The notes: generated by a model not told the origin, from the letters alone. 64,000 nt of DNA from Lachnospiraceae bacterium (GCA_045579705.1 JAZNMP010000028.1:5320-69319); one strand, 5' to 3'. Counted from the first letter of the stretch, positions 40,867-53,100 are shown. Numbers and translations are program-made.

Positions 40867-41736
40867 TTACAGTATTATCCAATAATTTGCCACCAGGATC
40901 AGTATTACAGCGATCCATTTCTTTGCATTCATTTTTTCATTTAACAATGCCATCGAAAGAATCACAGCAACAGGAAGTGCCAGTTTGGAAATTGATAACG
41001 CTATCGTTCCATCTCCATTTTGGCTTGCCAGTTTCGTCATAACATTCCCGAGTACCAGAATCACTCCTGATATTGCGAGGAAAAATGCGTTAAATACCGT
41101 TATACGCTTTAAAGACTTGCCTTCCTTCTTTATCAAAAAGATTGCCCAAACTAATACTGCCGTTATAACCTGAGCAAACATATCCACTCTAGAATTATTC
41201 AGCTTTGCTGGAAGATATACATGATAGATACTGATTCCTGAAATCGCGATTGCGGCCAGAATCATAAATAGAACCCATTTTTTATCAGTACTCTCTGACC
41301 AAACGATTAAACCAACCGCAACAAGAATGATCGCAATATGCACTATTTCCTCGTTTTCAAGGATTCTCTTTGAATAGATAGCGCCAAAGATTGTACTCAC
41401 GACATCCATAAGCTGCAGCCCGATTATAGTCTGAATCACTGTCGCTTTATTCAAGGTGTTCAGGAAAAAATAAAGCGCCAGACACATTAATGCCCCCAGT
41501 CCCAAAATCCACAGATAGTCTATAGGTTCAAGGTTTAAATCAAATCTAAACCCTGTATTCATTTTTTCTATTATAAAGGTCATCACCAAATATGCTGTAG
41601 CAAAGATTGCAGCCGAAACTCTTATGTTAGATTTCTGCAAGCCCATCTTTAACAATCCAGGTGTAAGTGCGATAAACAAAGTGCCTATCAACACCATCCA
41701 TATCCAGTTAATCTGTAGTAAAAACATCAAATCCAC
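40867..41736 (-). CDS. EamA/DMT family transporter
   Basis: About 10 TM segments in two homologous halves, ending LSMALLNEKMNAKKWIAVILI. GTG start after AAGGA. Confidence 0.75.
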   Translation of the reverse strand: MDLMFLLQINWIWMVLIGTLFIALTPGLLKMGLQKSNIRVSAAIFATAYLVMTFIIEKMNTGFRFDLNLEPIDYLWILGLGALMCLALYFFLNTLNKATVIQTIIGLQLMDVVSTIFGAIYSKRILENEEIVHIAIILVAVGLIVWSESTDKKWVLFMILAAIAISGISIYHVYLPAKLNNSRVDMFAQVITAVLVWAIFLIKKEGKSLKRITVFNAFFLAISGVILVLGNVMTKLASQNGDGTIALSISKLALPVAVILSMALLNEKMNAKKWIAVILILVANYWIIL

Positions 41737-41835
41737 TTCCTTTGCCTATTTGCACTTCAATATTTCTCGTGCTATAATTTCGGTTTGTATTATAACTTAT
41801 TGGGTTCTAATAGGCAATTTGACCGAGGTAATTTA

Positions 41836-44064
41836 ATGAATTCAAAGAAAAACTTAAAACAGAAAATCGGGTTGATTTTTACACCCTTTATTAAATTAAA
41901 AAATAAAATTTCATCGGCTATAGAAGCTCATAACCAAAAACCGCCGACAAAGTTCGGATTGTTTATGAACAAATTCTCCGAAGTCTTTGAAAAATACGCA
42001 GTTTTTACTCATATAGCAGTCGGCCTGATTATGGTATTCGTACTCGAATGGATGTCCCGACATTCCTTCGTACAGGCTTGTCTCTTCGTCAAAGATCATA
42101 CCATAGCTTACATATACAACTCCTTTATAGTATATGTAGGTTTCTCACTGGTATTTATCGTAAAGAGACGCCGATTCGTAAGATTAGTCGTAGGTGGTGT
42201 ATTCATCGTCTTAGGATTGATAAATTGCATCCTCTTGTTAAACCGAGTTTCACCTTTTGGTTTTACAGATTTTTACATGGTAACCGATCTGCTCACTATG
42301 CAGGGAAGTAACTATTTCTCAACATTTGAGGAAATACTGGTATTCGTCGGAAGTATCATCTTTATCGCAATTCTGATATTCGTGTTTATTCACGGAAAGA
42401 AATATGAAGATACAAAACCATTCTTCCTACGATTGCTATTCGTAATCATAATATTTGTTTCTCTTCCCCTCTCAACTATCGGGCTTAGAAAAACGAATAA
42501 ACTGGCTTCATATTTTGGTAATCTATCTGAAGGTTACAGAAACTACGGATACCTATACGGTTTCGGTACTTCCATCTTCAGCCGCGGAATGTCGAAGCCA
42601 CTTAACTACAGCGAAAACACAGTCTCAAGTATCGTAAAGCAGGACACTGCATCAGTCGGAAAGACTACTCTTTCTGAAAGCGACCAGCCAAACGTAGTTG
42701 TCGTACTACTCGAATCCTTCTTCGATCCTTATGACTGCAAGTTCCTCTCCTTCTCCGAGGACCCTACACCTTTCTTCCATTCATTGCAGAAGAAATACTC
42801 AACAGGTCACTTTATTTCACCTGTAGTAGGAGCCGGAACATGTAATCCGGAGTTCGAAGTACTGACCAGTATGTCTGTTAACTTCTTCGGACCTGGAGAA
42901 TATCCACAGAAGACGGTTATGAAAAAAATCGACTCCTGCGAAAGCTCCGCCGATACATTAAAGAAGCTAGGATACAAATCTCACGTAGTACACAACAACG
43001 GCGCGAACTTCTACAGCAGAAAGAACGCCTTCTCTCTGATGGGATTTGATACCTTTACAGCAAAGGAAAACCTGGATATCACCGACTATACACCTTTGGG
43101 TTCATGGCCTACAGACGATATCCTGATTGATTCAACAAAAGATAGTATGGATACTTCCAAAGGTCCTGACTTCGTTTATACGATTACAGTAAGTACTCAC
43201 GGAAACTATCCTACATATAAAGTATTAGACAATCCTGCAATCAAAGTTAAAGCCGAGGGTAAATCTGAAAGTGAACAGTATGCTTGGGAATACTACATTA
43301 ATCAGATTCACGCTATGGATCAATGGATGGAAAACTATGTAAAGAGTTTTGAAGAACGCGGCGAGAAAACACTTCTCCTGATGTTTGGTGATCATCTTCC
43401 TTCACTGAATCTGTTAGACAGTGATATGAAGACCGGTTCTATCTTTAAGACTAACTATGTAACATGGAACAACTTTGGAATGGAGAAGAAGGACAAAGAC
43501 CTTACAGCCTACCAGTTGCTTCCAGAATACTTCAACCGCCTCGGAATACACGGCGGAACGATGCTCGACTACAACCAGCGTATGCTAAAGGAAGGCGAAA
43601 GCTACAATTCCTTGAAATACCAGAGCGGACTACAAACGCTCCAGTACGACCTGTTATACGGAAAGCATTACGCATATAACCAGAAGGAAATGTATCCAGC
43701 AACACATATCCTAATGGGCGTGCATGACATAAAAATAAACAAAGCATACACCTTTGATAAGAAAGTTCACCTCTATGGAGACAACTTTACAAAGTGGAGT
43801 TATGTATATGTTAATGGAAAGAAAGTTTCAACTCATTATGAAAGCGGACAGGTATTAACCTTTAACGCTGAAGATATTAAAGATGGCGATACTATTGAGG
43901 TATGCCACGTTGGTTCAGGAGAGGATGTGCTCCGTAAGTCCAATAAAATAGTCTATAACGACCCTGAGATGGTTCGACAGAGAAGTATCGAAGAGAATAA
44001 CGAAGAGGTCAAATTAGACCAGCCAGACGACTCTGAGCCAAATCAGAGTACTGTAGAGAACTAA
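41836..44064 (+). CDS. LTA synthase family protein (alkaline phosphatase/sulfatase superfamily)
   Basis: Five N-terminal TM segments, PNVVVVLLESF, catalytic Thr region GAGTCNPEFE, VSTHGNY and FGDHLP. ATG 41836 follows GAGGT; the ORF track starts at 41785. Confidence 0.88.
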   Translation: MNSKKNLKQKIGLIFTPFIKLKNKISSAIEAHNQKPPTKFGLFMNKFSEVFEKYAVFTHIAVGLIMVFVLEWMSRHSFVQACLFVKDHTIAYIYNSFIVYVGFSLVFIVKRRRFVRLVVGGVFIVLGLINCILLLNRVSPFGFTDFYMVTDLLTMQGSNYFSTFEEILVFVGSIIFIAILIFVFIHGKKYEDTKPFFLRLLFVIIIFVSLPLSTIGLRKTNKLASYFGNLSEGYRNYGYLYGFGTSIFSRGMSKPLNYSENTVSSIVKQDTASVGKTTLSESDQPNVVVVLLESFFDPYDCKFLSFSEDPTPFFHSLQKKYSTGHFISPVVGAGTCNPEFEVLTSMSVNFFGPGEYPQKTVMKKIDSCESSADTLKKLGYKSHVVHNNGANFYSRKNAFSLMGFDTFTAKENLDITDYTPLGSWPTDDILIDSTKDSMDTSKGPDFVYTITVSTHGNYPTYKVLDNPAIKVKAEGKSESEQYAWEYYINQIHAMDQWMENYVKSFEERGEKTLLLMFGDHLPSLNLLDSDMKTGSIFKTNYVTWNNFGMEKKDKDLTAYQLLPEYFNRLGIHGGTMLDYNQRMLKEGESYNSLKYQSGLQTLQYDLLYGKHYAYNQKEMYPATHILMGVHDIKINKAYTFDKKVHLYGDNFTKWSYVYVNGKKVSTHYESGQVLTFNAEDIKDGDTIEVCHVGSGEDVLRKSNKIVYNDPEMVRQRSIEENNEEVKLDQPDDSEPNQSTVEN

Positions 44065-44065
44065 T

Positions 44066-44110
44066 AAAAAAGTGACTGTCACACTAATTAGTGCGACAGT
44101 CACTTTTTTT
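44066..44110. terminator. Bidirectional terminator
   Basis: AAAAAGTGACTGTC...GACAGTCACTTTTT between convergent genes. Confidence 0.88.
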
Positions 44111-44116
44111 ACTCAT

Positions 44117-45670
44117 TTATCTTTTGTTCTTTGCAACATATTCCAGTTTACTATGTCTGCTGTAAAGCAATACTGAAACACCTGCTAAGAAGATAGCCAA
44201 TACTAAGAAGTATCTAGCATCTATAGGGCCTGCTGTCTTTGGTGTGACATCTTTAGTATGTCCACCGTTTCCGCCGCCTTTAACGCCTGAGCCTGTACCG
44301 CTATTATTTCCCGTACCACGGCTTACAGTGCCTGATTCATTGTTTCTATACCAAGCAGTAAGTGTCAGATTAGACTGAACTGTATCACTATCGAAGTTCC
44401 AAACAGCTTCACCATTGTACCATCCTAAGAATGTATATCCATCTCTAGATGGTGTACCAGGATTAGTAACCTTTTCTCCTGCTGCAACTGTCTGTTCTTT
44501 GTATTTAGGTTTTCCACCGTTTACATCAAAAGCAACAACAAATTTACCTTCTTCTACCGGGTTCTTTACCCATGTAGCTGTAAAAGTAACATCCGCATTA
44601 ATAGGATCGTCTACACCTACTGTTGAAATACTGCTAGTCCATCCTGCAAAAGTATATCCTTCTTTAACTGGTGTAGGTACTGGAGAAACATCACCAGCTA
44701 CTACACTGAAACTAGCAACTGCATCGCTGCCGTTAATAGTTCCACCGTTAGGATCAAACTTTACTGTATAAGTAGAAGTATTATCATCTCCGAGAACAAC
44801 AAATTCGATATCGTTATTCAAGCAGAAGTTCTGCGCTGTAGAGCCCTGATGTCCATAAACTGTAACACCGTCGCCCCAGTTAGCCTGATCACCTATGCTA
44901 ACATCATCTGAAAGAATAGTTAGTTTCTTTATCGCTGAACGGTTAAATGCGTTCTCGCCGATACTTTTTACTGAAGAAGGAACTGTAAACTCTGTCATAG
45001 TAGAACGCTCGAGAGCATTTGCTCCGATACTGGATGTTCCATCTTTAATCTTATGACTAGTGATTCCAATCGGAACCATCTTAAGAGTTCCTGACTTAGT
45101 ATATAACGCACCATTTACTGATTCAAATGTAGAATTAGATGCATCTACATTAATCGCTGACAAATTCTGATTATCACTGAACGCGTTATTTGCTATCGTT
45201 GAAACATTTGCCGGAATCGTAATAGATGTAAGCTCTGTATTTGCAAAAGCAAGCGCTCCAATAGTATTTACATTAGACGGAATAGAAATAGTTGTGATTC
45301 CTGTCTCCTGAAATGCACTAGTCGGAATCTCAGTAATAGCATTTGAAAGAGTAACCTGTGTCAGAGACTGAGAATTTGCGAAAGCGCCACCCTCAATCTT
45401 GGTAACTGAATCTCCCATATTTACTCTTGCAGTATTCTTCATATTACTGAAAGCATTTCTACCGATAACAGTAACCTCACTCGGTATTTCAACTGTATAC
45501 GGGCCCGTGCCTGTCATCTTTGATTCGTCGTACTTTGTAAGCACTCCATTTGAAATACTAAATGCCTCGTTATCTGCAGCGCTACTATGCTTGAATACCA
45601 CGATCCAAAGCAAGAGTAAGATTGAGGCTGCAACTAACAACCATCCTATTTTCGTTCCTTTTTTTATCAT
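44117..45670 (-). CDS. Cell-surface protein with BspA-type leucine-rich repeats, two InlB-B/Flg_new repeats and a sortase sorting signal
   Basis: Signal peptide; TpLRR units (IPSNVNTIGALAFANT); repeats FDPNGG...PVKEGYTFAGW and FDVNGG...PSRDGYTFLGWY; Gly-rich linker; TPKTA + hydrophobic segment + basic tail. Confidence 0.85.
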   Translation of the reverse strand: MIKKGTKIGWLLVAASILLLLWIVVFKHSSAADNEAFSISNGVLTKYDESKMTGTGPYTVEIPSEVTVIGRNAFSNMKNTARVNMGDSVTKIEGGAFANSQSLTQVTLSNAITEIPTSAFQETGITTISIPSNVNTIGALAFANTELTSITIPANVSTIANNAFSDNQNLSAINVDASNSTFESVNGALYTKSGTLKMVPIGITSHKIKDGTSSIGANALERSTMTEFTVPSSVKSIGENAFNRSAIKKLTILSDDVSIGDQANWGDGVTVYGHQGSTAQNFCLNNDIEFVVLGDDNTSTYTVKFDPNGGTINGSDAVASFSVVAGDVSPVPTPVKEGYTFAGWTSSISTVGVDDPINADVTFTATWVKNPVEEGKFVVAFDVNGGKPKYKEQTVAAGEKVTNPGTPSRDGYTFLGWYNGEAVWNFDSDTVQSNLTLTAWYRNNESGTVSRGTGNNSGTGSGVKGGGNGGHTKDVTPKTAGPIDARYFLVLAIFLAGVSVLLYSRHSKLEYVAKNKR

Positions 45671-45816
45671 CGAATTATCTCCTAGATTTAAAAAGCTATA
45701 AATCCTTTTGATTTGCCGGAGTCCATTCCTCGCAGTCTACTATATATAGTAAATTATACAACAAACACTAATATAAAACCACTATTTACGCTTTTTCTCT
45801 GCGAAAAATTAAAGAT

Positions 45817-47043
45817 TTAATTAGTTTTTGCCTTATCGACTCTCTTTGCAACGATAAACAACCGTCCGTCTGTCATATACTTATTACAAGTAGAAAGAGT
45901 CAACAACTGATCATACTCCTTCATATCAACTGTAGTTCCGTACACATTTCTACTCTGAACATCATTATAGAATTCATCCCATTCCGACTTAGTCTTTGCC
46001 TGGATGAAATTATAGTAACGATACTGATCCTCGTCCTGATAAGCTACATTTGAAAGGCAAACAGCCACTATCTCGTACTGTCTTTTTTCATATAATGTAT
46101 CAAAGGATATAGTCTTATGATCTCTAAAAAAAGATTCATCCAGATAATTCTTCAGGCTGCCAAACATCATTCCACTACTCATGTTATGTCCATAGATAAT
46201 CGTATTCGTAGTAGGATTTACAATATCAGAACGGTAATCCATAAAAATACTACCATTCTTATCATCGGCTTTTTCAAAGGAATGATTTAGATAGTATTCA
46301 TTATCTTTGTCCTTACACAGAACCGGATAATCGATAGAAGTACCATCTATCTTTATCCATCCAACGAGATCTTTATTCTTCGAATAGGCCTCATTGTATT
46401 CTGGTAGAATTACGAGTGGCTTACCATCAGTGCCTTTCTTTCCAGAAACCACATTTTTCTCGCTCTTTACTGAAGCACTAGGAGCATTCTTCATCTCTGC
46501 AACCTGCTGAATACGTCTAGTCTCAATGATATCTTTAATTTCTGAATACGCAAAAATAGAAAAAGAAGCGATAGCCAGAGCCAATACCCCTATAGCAAGG
46601 TATTTCTGCTTTCTAGAAGCGCCTTCAGCCTCTTCAACCACTTTCTTGTCCTCAAGCAAGTCGACAGATTTATCCGCAACAACATCAGCGATATAGTCAA
46701 AGAATTTCTCTCCGATAGGGCTCTTAAACTCTATTCTGCCATCTCTAATCATATTGTAGAGACGTACTGCTGCCTCAGGATCAGAAATGTCTATATTTTT
46801 CTTGATGATTTCAATACGTTTGATATCTTCCTCGGCGTTTCTGTATTCATAATATGTTTTGAATGTATAACCGCCCACACGATATTCACGAACCTTTTCG
46901 TCATCAGCCTCCGTACGGCCCGTTTTCTGCTCTATTGCGCGCGCAATATCAGTACTGACAATATCTGCAAAGTCAGCATCTTTTTCCTCAAAGGATGAAA
47001 TAATATCCTTTTCAAATTTTTCCATAGATTCTTTTTCACTCAT
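45817..47043 (-). CDS. srtB: Class B sortase with an N-terminal extension
   Basis: NKDLVGWIKIDGTSIDYPV, GSIFMD, IIYGHNM (His), TLSTC (Cys) and GRLFIVA (Arg). TM segment only after about 145 aa. Confidence 0.9.
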   Translation of the reverse strand: MSEKESMEKFEKDIISSFEEKDADFADIVSTDIARAIEQKTGRTEADDEKVREYRVGGYTFKTYYEYRNAEEDIKRIEIIKKNIDISDPEAAVRLYNMIRDGRIEFKSPIGEKFFDYIADVVADKSVDLLEDKKVVEEAEGASRKQKYLAIGVLALAIASFSIFAYSEIKDIIETRRIQQVAEMKNAPSASVKSEKNVVSGKKGTDGKPLVILPEYNEAYSKNKDLVGWIKIDGTSIDYPVLCKDKDNEYYLNHSFEKADDKNGSIFMDYRSDIVNPTTNTIIYGHNMSSGMMFGSLKNYLDESFFRDHKTISFDTLYEKRQYEIVAVCLSNVAYQDEDQYRYYNFIQAKTKSEWDEFYNDVQSRNVYGTTVDMKEYDQLLTLSTCNKYMTDGRLFIVAKRVDKAKTN

Positions 47044-47050
47044 AGAATTT

Positions 47051-47079
47051 ATTTTAAACTAATGGGATTTACCTTGCAA
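47051..47079 (-). promoter_or_regulatory. Promoter directly abutting the srtB start codon (leaderless candidate)
   Basis: TTGCAA-N17-TAAAAT-N7-ATG, with no SD sequence. Confidence 0.6.
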
Positions 47080-47081
47080 TT

Positions 47082-47131
47082 AAAAAAGCGGAAGCCATGC
47101 GTTCTTACGTCGCATGACCACCGCCTTTTTT
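47082..47131 (-). terminator. Terminator after the giant surface-protein gene
   Basis: GGCGG..CATGCG/CGCATG..CCGC interrupted hairpin with T runs on both sides. Confidence 0.7.
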
Positions 47132-47140
47132 GTTTTATCA

Positions 47141-50100
47141 TTATGGAGCTTTTGCTTCCACAATTTGTGAATATGAACTATACTCTACTGTTCCATTTGC
47201 TTCTTTCTTATAAGATCTCAGTCTATAGTAATAAACCTTGCCTGATGTAACCTGTGTATCTGTATAACTTGCGTAAGCAATTGGAACTACTGCAGCAAGT
47301 GAATATGTTCCGTTTATAGTACTGCTTCTATAAACCTCATATCCATCGATATCTACAGCATTTGGATTCCAGGTAATAGTAACCTTACCGTGCTGTGTCT
47401 CATCTTTTGTGACATTTGAAGGTGAAAGAATCTTCGTTCTCTGTTCTAATGTTCTAGGTGTTCCATAGTAGTAATTTCCATCGTCACGATTATATACGTA
47501 TGGTTTTACTTCCAGGATGTACTTGGTTCCGCCTTCCAAATCTGTAAATGTGTAATTTGTTGAAGAAGTTGTAAATGAAACCTTGTCATCCGTTCCCTTC
47601 TTTGTAGCGCTTACAACATAACCATTTACATCGTTTGAAGCATTCCATTCCAGATAAATCTGGTGATTTGAAACGCTTGTCACCTTCATAGCATGAGCTC
47701 TATCAGGCTCAATAGATACAGCCTCTGGATTCTCTCTAGCCAGGAAGTTAACTTCTGAGCCTTCGAAATCGCCCTTCCCTCTGATTAAGAGATAGTAATC
47801 TCCACACTCAACAGGTTCAACCGGATTACCATCCTTATCCAGAACCGTTATAGTGTAGTCTTTGCCTTCTTCCAGGCAATTGCTTCCCTTATAGATAGCT
47901 ACAGTAAACTTCTGCTCATCTCCATTGTATACATATGACTTCTTCATGTTGATATCCGAAGCATTAATCATAGGATTTGTGATATTAAAGTTTACTTCGA
48001 GGCTTCTAGTCTGATCATCCGTCTTAAAAAGAGGGATCTCAGCTTTATAATTGCCTTTATCTACCAAATCTGTAGTAGCGATATCGCCACCCGCTGTTAC
48101 TCGATAATACTTAATATTATCTTTGTCATAGCTGATTTCTGAGCCATCCGGCTGTGTAACTACGAAATTTGGTTTAATCTGTGATCCAGTGTATTCATAG
48201 TTAGGGAAGTTCTCGTTTGTAGGATCATTTACCTTCAAAGCAGAAAGGTCGCTCGTAATATCGTATTCCTTTGTCGCTACCTTTGAGAGGTATAATGCCA
48301 TACTTCCATCCGTACTAGGCACGATTGTGAGACTTCCTGAAGTCTGATAGTTATTATCAGATGATTCAGTAACTATATAATCACTTGGATCTAGTGTTAC
48401 TCCACCAACTTTGACCGACTTGATTTTTTCAGCGCCAGCTGGTGTAGGTACTATTCCGTAGCCTAAGTAATAGTATTTATCAGCTTTAAGTGTAACCTTT
48501 GCATTTTCAAGTGATGCGTAGATTACGAATTCTTTCTCAAGCTCTCCTGCGTAGTTTCCTTTACCAGTAAGCTTAACGGTAGCTGTTCCTATAGTCTCAT
48601 TGTTTTCATAAGAAATAGTGTAATCTCTACCTTCTACCAAGCCTAAAGTATTCGAACCATCATGTACTAATACTTCTGGTCTGATTGGTTTCTCATGTGT
48701 CCAATCATAAGGATATCTATCTGCATTTACATCTTTAACAGCATTTGGAGCATCTCTAAGTTCGAGGTTTAGTCCTTCGAGAGATTTGCCCTTAATATAG
48801 AACTTCTGATTCAATGTATCTGTACCTGTGTCATAGTCGCCCTTCATAGTGATTGCAACCATTGCAGGATTGTCTGATGCAGAAACATTTGTGTTGTTCT
48901 TATATCCGTTGCCGTTCTCGTATTCGCCCTTCTTATAGAGTTCCCAATTTGTTACATCGATAGGATTATCCTTATCAATATCCAAATCGTAAATCTCGAT
49001 TTCAGAAGTTGCAGGTTCGCCATTGTAAACTGTCTCGTACTCTCCATCAACTGATTCAAAATCTTTCAGAACTATCTTTATAGCCTTTGAATCCTTACTT
49101 ACGGTCTTTGCTTTAATATGGTAATCAAATTTCAGCTCACCATAGAAAGCTCCTGTACCGATCAGAGTAACTGTCTTCGTTCCAGCGTGGATGACATCTT
49201 CCTCTTTGTAATGAACATCATCCTTTCCAGTGTCTACAACCTTTCCAACTGTGTAGTCCACATTCTTCTCGAGTGTAGAATTCTTATACTTAACAGAGTA
49301 GTTAAAATCATTTACATCATGAACTTTTCCGTTATAAGTAAAGTTTGGATCATTGTAATCTACTGTAGCTTTCGCTCCGAGATCACTTCCAATATTAAAC
49401 GTTACATTTCTAGTACCTGTATAGTTACCCTTACCTGTAAGAATAACCGTAGGTGCATTCTCACCATCTTTTGATGCTGAAACAGTATTATTTGCATAAG
49501 ATACGTCATAATCTGTTCCAGTCACCATATCGATAGGATCTAACGTATTTCCAGCGTCGTTCTTTCCTCTAGTGTTATAAACTGCAGTAATATCAGCCGG
49601 AGCCACTTCATTACCGGTATAATCATACGAATCCTTTGAAAGTGATGCATCGATTTCTGGATCCGCAATATTCTTCGGAACTATAGATACCGTCTTAGTA
49701 ATCTGTCCTGTAAAATGGCTACCTTCTTTTGCAGTAATGACAAACGTATAGGAACCTACATTTGCGCTTAGACCAGCCGCATCAATCGGAGCGACTGTAT
49801 ATTCTGTCCCCTGGGTCAGAGTAGAATATACTTCATTACCATCTGTATCCTTATATCCTAGGTCTACCTTTAATACAACATCCTTCGTGCTGATTTTAGC
49901 TCCGTCGTAGATTTTTTCATCTTCGATGGTTACAGCGCCATTCTGACTTATATCTCGATCCAACAGCTGAATATTTCTTCTATATTCATCCTTAAAGTTG
50001 CCTTTACCCTTAATCGATATAGTCTCTTTTGCATCTGCACTTACCGCAAATACCTCAACCGAGTAATCCTTATCGAGAACTAAATCATAATTTCCGTATT

Positions 50101-53100
50101 TAATCGTAATCTGAGGTAGTACCTTAATTCCAATTCCTGAATAATAAGCATCCGCAATCAAAATATCACAATCATTTAAAGAAATCTGATTAATAGAGAA
50201 CTTCTCCGTTACAGAACCACTATACTGTCCGATTCCTTTAATTGTAACAGTTCCGACATTTGTTCCCGCATTTACGTTATCACCATAAGTTAATGTGTAA
50301 TCAACACCTTCAGTCAAAACTTTTGCTGTTGATCCGTATTTAACAGTAACCATAGGTGTCAACTGTGCACCAGTAAAGTCATGATCATACGCTCCTTCTG
50401 CCGCACCATCTAACGAAATGTCTGTATTTGCATTTGTAAGCACTTTTCCAGTCAGGTTGTAGCTCACTTTTTTCTCATTATATGAACGCCCGCTTATAGG
50501 CTTCAACTCAACGCCAACATTTCCTATAGCCGTGTCGTTTGTATATACAACATCAAAATCTACGCCGCTCTTCAATGTTACAGTCTGTCCATCAGCTAGC
50601 GTTAGCACAGCCTTAACATATGACGGATGGTTTGCAGCAGCATCTGAAGTGATTTCTTTTGAATAATCATCACTATTAACCCAAGGTCCATTAGCAGAAT
50701 CAGCAAACTGAACGATTACATTCTTTAGGTTATATGCCACATGATAGAACTGATTTGAAGTCTGACCTACGAAATCATTCTTACCAAACAGGTAATAATC
50801 ATACTTTGAAACCGCTGTCGTTGTCTGTGAATCCTGAACATCAGCATCCAGATATCTGATTTCAAAATCAGTTCCAGCTCTAAGTTCCTGACCATAATAT
50901 GTAACTGTCAGGTTTGGCTTAATATTTGTTCCATTAAATGAATAAATATTGCCATTTGATTCCTGAGCATCTTTCACTACTGCATCAGCGAGATTTCCCT
51001 TCATCTTGTTAGCAATCTTTCTGGAGCCGATAAAGTAGAAATCATCATTTACTGTCTCAGCATTTCCCTTAACAGTAACCTCACCTGTTCCGATGCCCTT
51101 CCACTCTGCTGCCGTTACAGTGTAATTCGTAGCAGGTACTGTCTGCTCAACATTATTTGAATCCTTGTATTTAACAGCTACAGTTCCTAAAACCGCATTC
51201 AGATTCTCTGGTGAATACGTTCCAGTGATATTATCAGGAGTTACTGTAAAAATATTGTCCTTCGAAATATCACCTACTACCTTAAACTTACGAGTAAGGA
51301 TTCCCGTGTACTTATTCTTTCCAGTAAATACAACTGTATAAAGGCCGATTTCCTTTGGAGCAACCTCTGTAAGAGAAGAAAAATCTGTTACAGTTGTCTG
51401 ATCGCCTTTATAAATAGCAACATCATATCCAGCATCAGGAGTTAATGTAATCTTTCCTTCCTTTATCGTAAAGCCTGTAGATATATTACTTCCTGTATAG
51501 TAATACATATCTGAGCCTTCGATAGAATAACCACTATTATTAAACTCTCTAGCTGTTACCTTAAATTCAATAGTTTTTGTTCCATAGTAGTTTCCCACTA
51601 CCGGATTAACTTGATTATCTCCAGTACCACTATAAGTAATCTTATAATAACCCGGAGCCATTACATTTGACTCAGCCACGTCAGTTTCAGTTCCACCCTT
51701 TACCTGTGTATATTTAATTGATGAAACCGTATAGTCTGTGCCTGATTTAAGCGCAGCACCATATTCTCTCAAAGCAAACTTTGAAATATCTATAGGATTT
51801 CCTGTAAAGCCAGTATAGAAAATGCCATTATCATCCCTAGCAGTAAACTGGTCAAAACCAGAAACTGTAGCATTCTGTAAATCTGTCTGTGATACAGCAT
51901 ATCCCGGCTCAACTGTATCTGCATAGTTACCATTACCTGTAATACTAACCTTAGCAGTTCTATTTGTAGGCAATCCATTTACATCGATATTGACCGGACT
52001 AACCGATACATCTGAAGCAGACAAAACGATTGGATCATTATTCTTTCCTAGAGCATAATATTCGAGCTTCGGGTTAGGAGTAAGTGGATCATATCCTCCT
52101 ACTTGCCCCTGATGTGCATAGAAATATGTGAAAGGAGCCGAATAATCAAGTCTGGAATCCTTTGTATTTCCATCAGATAAAGCTACTATACCCTGATCGC
52201 CACAAAAATATGAGCTAGCATCAGTAAGTTTATTCTTCTCAATTACGGCATTTGTACTACCGTTTACTGCCACAAAACTCAGTCTGCGAATCGTGTACTT
52301 GAATGTTGTGCTTCCATAGTAAGATTCACTGCCAGATTTCGCATTCACTGTAACCGTGATAGTCTCGCCGGCATTATAATTATCTGAATCGTAACTAAGC
52401 TCGTAGTCTGTACCTTCTTTGAGGACCTTTGTCTCAGTTCCAACCAGCATCGTGATATATGCCTTAGGACGATTATTTCCGATATATGGAATTCCGAATG
52501 CTCCGGAACTTAACAACGAATAACCGATGCTCGTATCGCCAGGATTCTTAAGAGCGATATCAGCGTTAGACATCGCCTTACCTCTCTCGTATTCCATCAC
52601 ATCAGTTTCGCCCGTGTAGTTACCGATACCTACCACCTTCATGTGGTGGATACCTGCAGCACTGGACCACTCAGAAACCTCTTTGCCATCTGCATCAACA
52701 GGCTGTACTTTGTAGTCCTTATCAACTTTAAGCGTAGTAGCCAGTCCTGAAGTTTTGTCTACAACTTCAAATACCGGTTTCGCAGTATCAGTTGTCTCAA
52801 ATCCCTTTTGCGTAATCGAAATATCTTTGTCTACGATGTTTCTAGGCTTAATCTTGTAAGAAATCATCGCCATAGAACCAGCATAGCTTCCAACACCGAA
52901 GACATTTATTACCGCATTATCACTAGCATTTCTATTTACCACAGAAACTGTATAATCAGTTCCTCTTGAAAGTGTATTTCCTGTTCCGTTATCTACGATT
53001 ACGATTTCAGGTAGAGCAGCTGAAGCATATGTATATGTATCCTCATAATCAGATGTAAATCTTACTGTTCCACCTGAAAGTGAGCTTTCATCTACAGATG

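Noticed and set aside
45671-45760. c-di-GMP riboswitch in the leader of the LRR surface gene
   Set aside because: Only a weak GAG/CTC hairpin and a TACTATATATAGTA palindrome; class I and II consensus elements are absent.
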